A DNA stretch of 40,722 bases from an uncultured Acidimicrobiaceae bacterium. Its GTDB lineage: Bacteria; Actinomycetota; Acidimicrobiia; Acidimicrobiales; Bog-793. Shown in pieces: positions 40,667-40,722 of the stretch (position 1 is the stretch's first letter; every line of letters starts with the position of its first letter). Location of the stretch: NCBI GenBank assembly GCA_964485645.1, contig CAZAMA010000001.1, positions 9,512-50,233 on the forward strand, given 5' to 3'. Position numbers and translations under genes: made by a program. A model generated the notes under the pieces. It had not been told where the DNA came from and searched no databases. It saw nothing but the letters and a program-made list of their open reading frames with translations.

Positions 40667-40722
40667 CTAGGGGTCGGCGTTGCCCGCGACATCGGGCAGC
40701 GCCTTGCCGGCGTTGCCCGGCG
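40667..40722 (-). CDS. Possible 3' end of an upstream gene (...PGNAGKALPDVAGNADP*)
   Basis: Open frame from the window edge to a TAG just before tmk. topA often precedes tmk in actinobacteria, but this cannot be confirmed here. Confidence 0.25.
   Translation of the reverse strand, partial: PGNAGKALPDVAGNADP

Overview
High-GC, actinobacterial-looking chromosomal segment; Acidimicrobiia-like is only an impression. I found no rRNA, tRNA, CRISPR array or IS element. (1) 1-1.7 kb: tail of a HyfB/antiporter-like membrane subunit and a deleted universal-stress-protein gene. (2) 1.8-19.3 kb: a probable purine/N-heterocycle catabolic island. It holds three xanthine-oxidase-family molybdoenzymes: YgfM+XdhD-like with a cysteine-less Fe-S domain, an Fe-S/IorB-type fusion, and a PucCED-like trimer. 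It also holds an AhpD-like protein, two tandem fold-type-II PLP enzymes, an 8-oxoguanine-deaminase-like amidohydrolase, a dihydropyrimidinase and a Mer-like LLM oxidoreductase. All three molybdoenzyme transcription units have a DosR/DevR-like box at nearly the same distance from a -10-like hexamer. My best candidate for an undescribed system is a hypoxia-induced variant of the reductive urate (2,8-dioxopurine) pathway, in which the LLM enzyme may replace YgfK and PLP lyases may replace DpaL/YgeW. This is inference from gene content. (3) 19.5-27 kb: secreted beta-propeller, methyltransferase, GT-C-like membrane protein, truncated globin, aldo/keto reductase, and a membrane-SCO fusion lacking the copper ligands. 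(4) 27.3-33.3 kb: two GcvT-family FAD oxidoreductases flanking a choline-kinase-like gene, with a GntR/HutC-like palindrome between the divergent starts. (5) 33.4-40.7 kb: pfkA, isochorismatase, a deletion-collapsed sensor-kinase/ABC-permease remnant, msrA, an SDR, holB and tmk. All calls rest on motifs recognised by eye; no database search was run.
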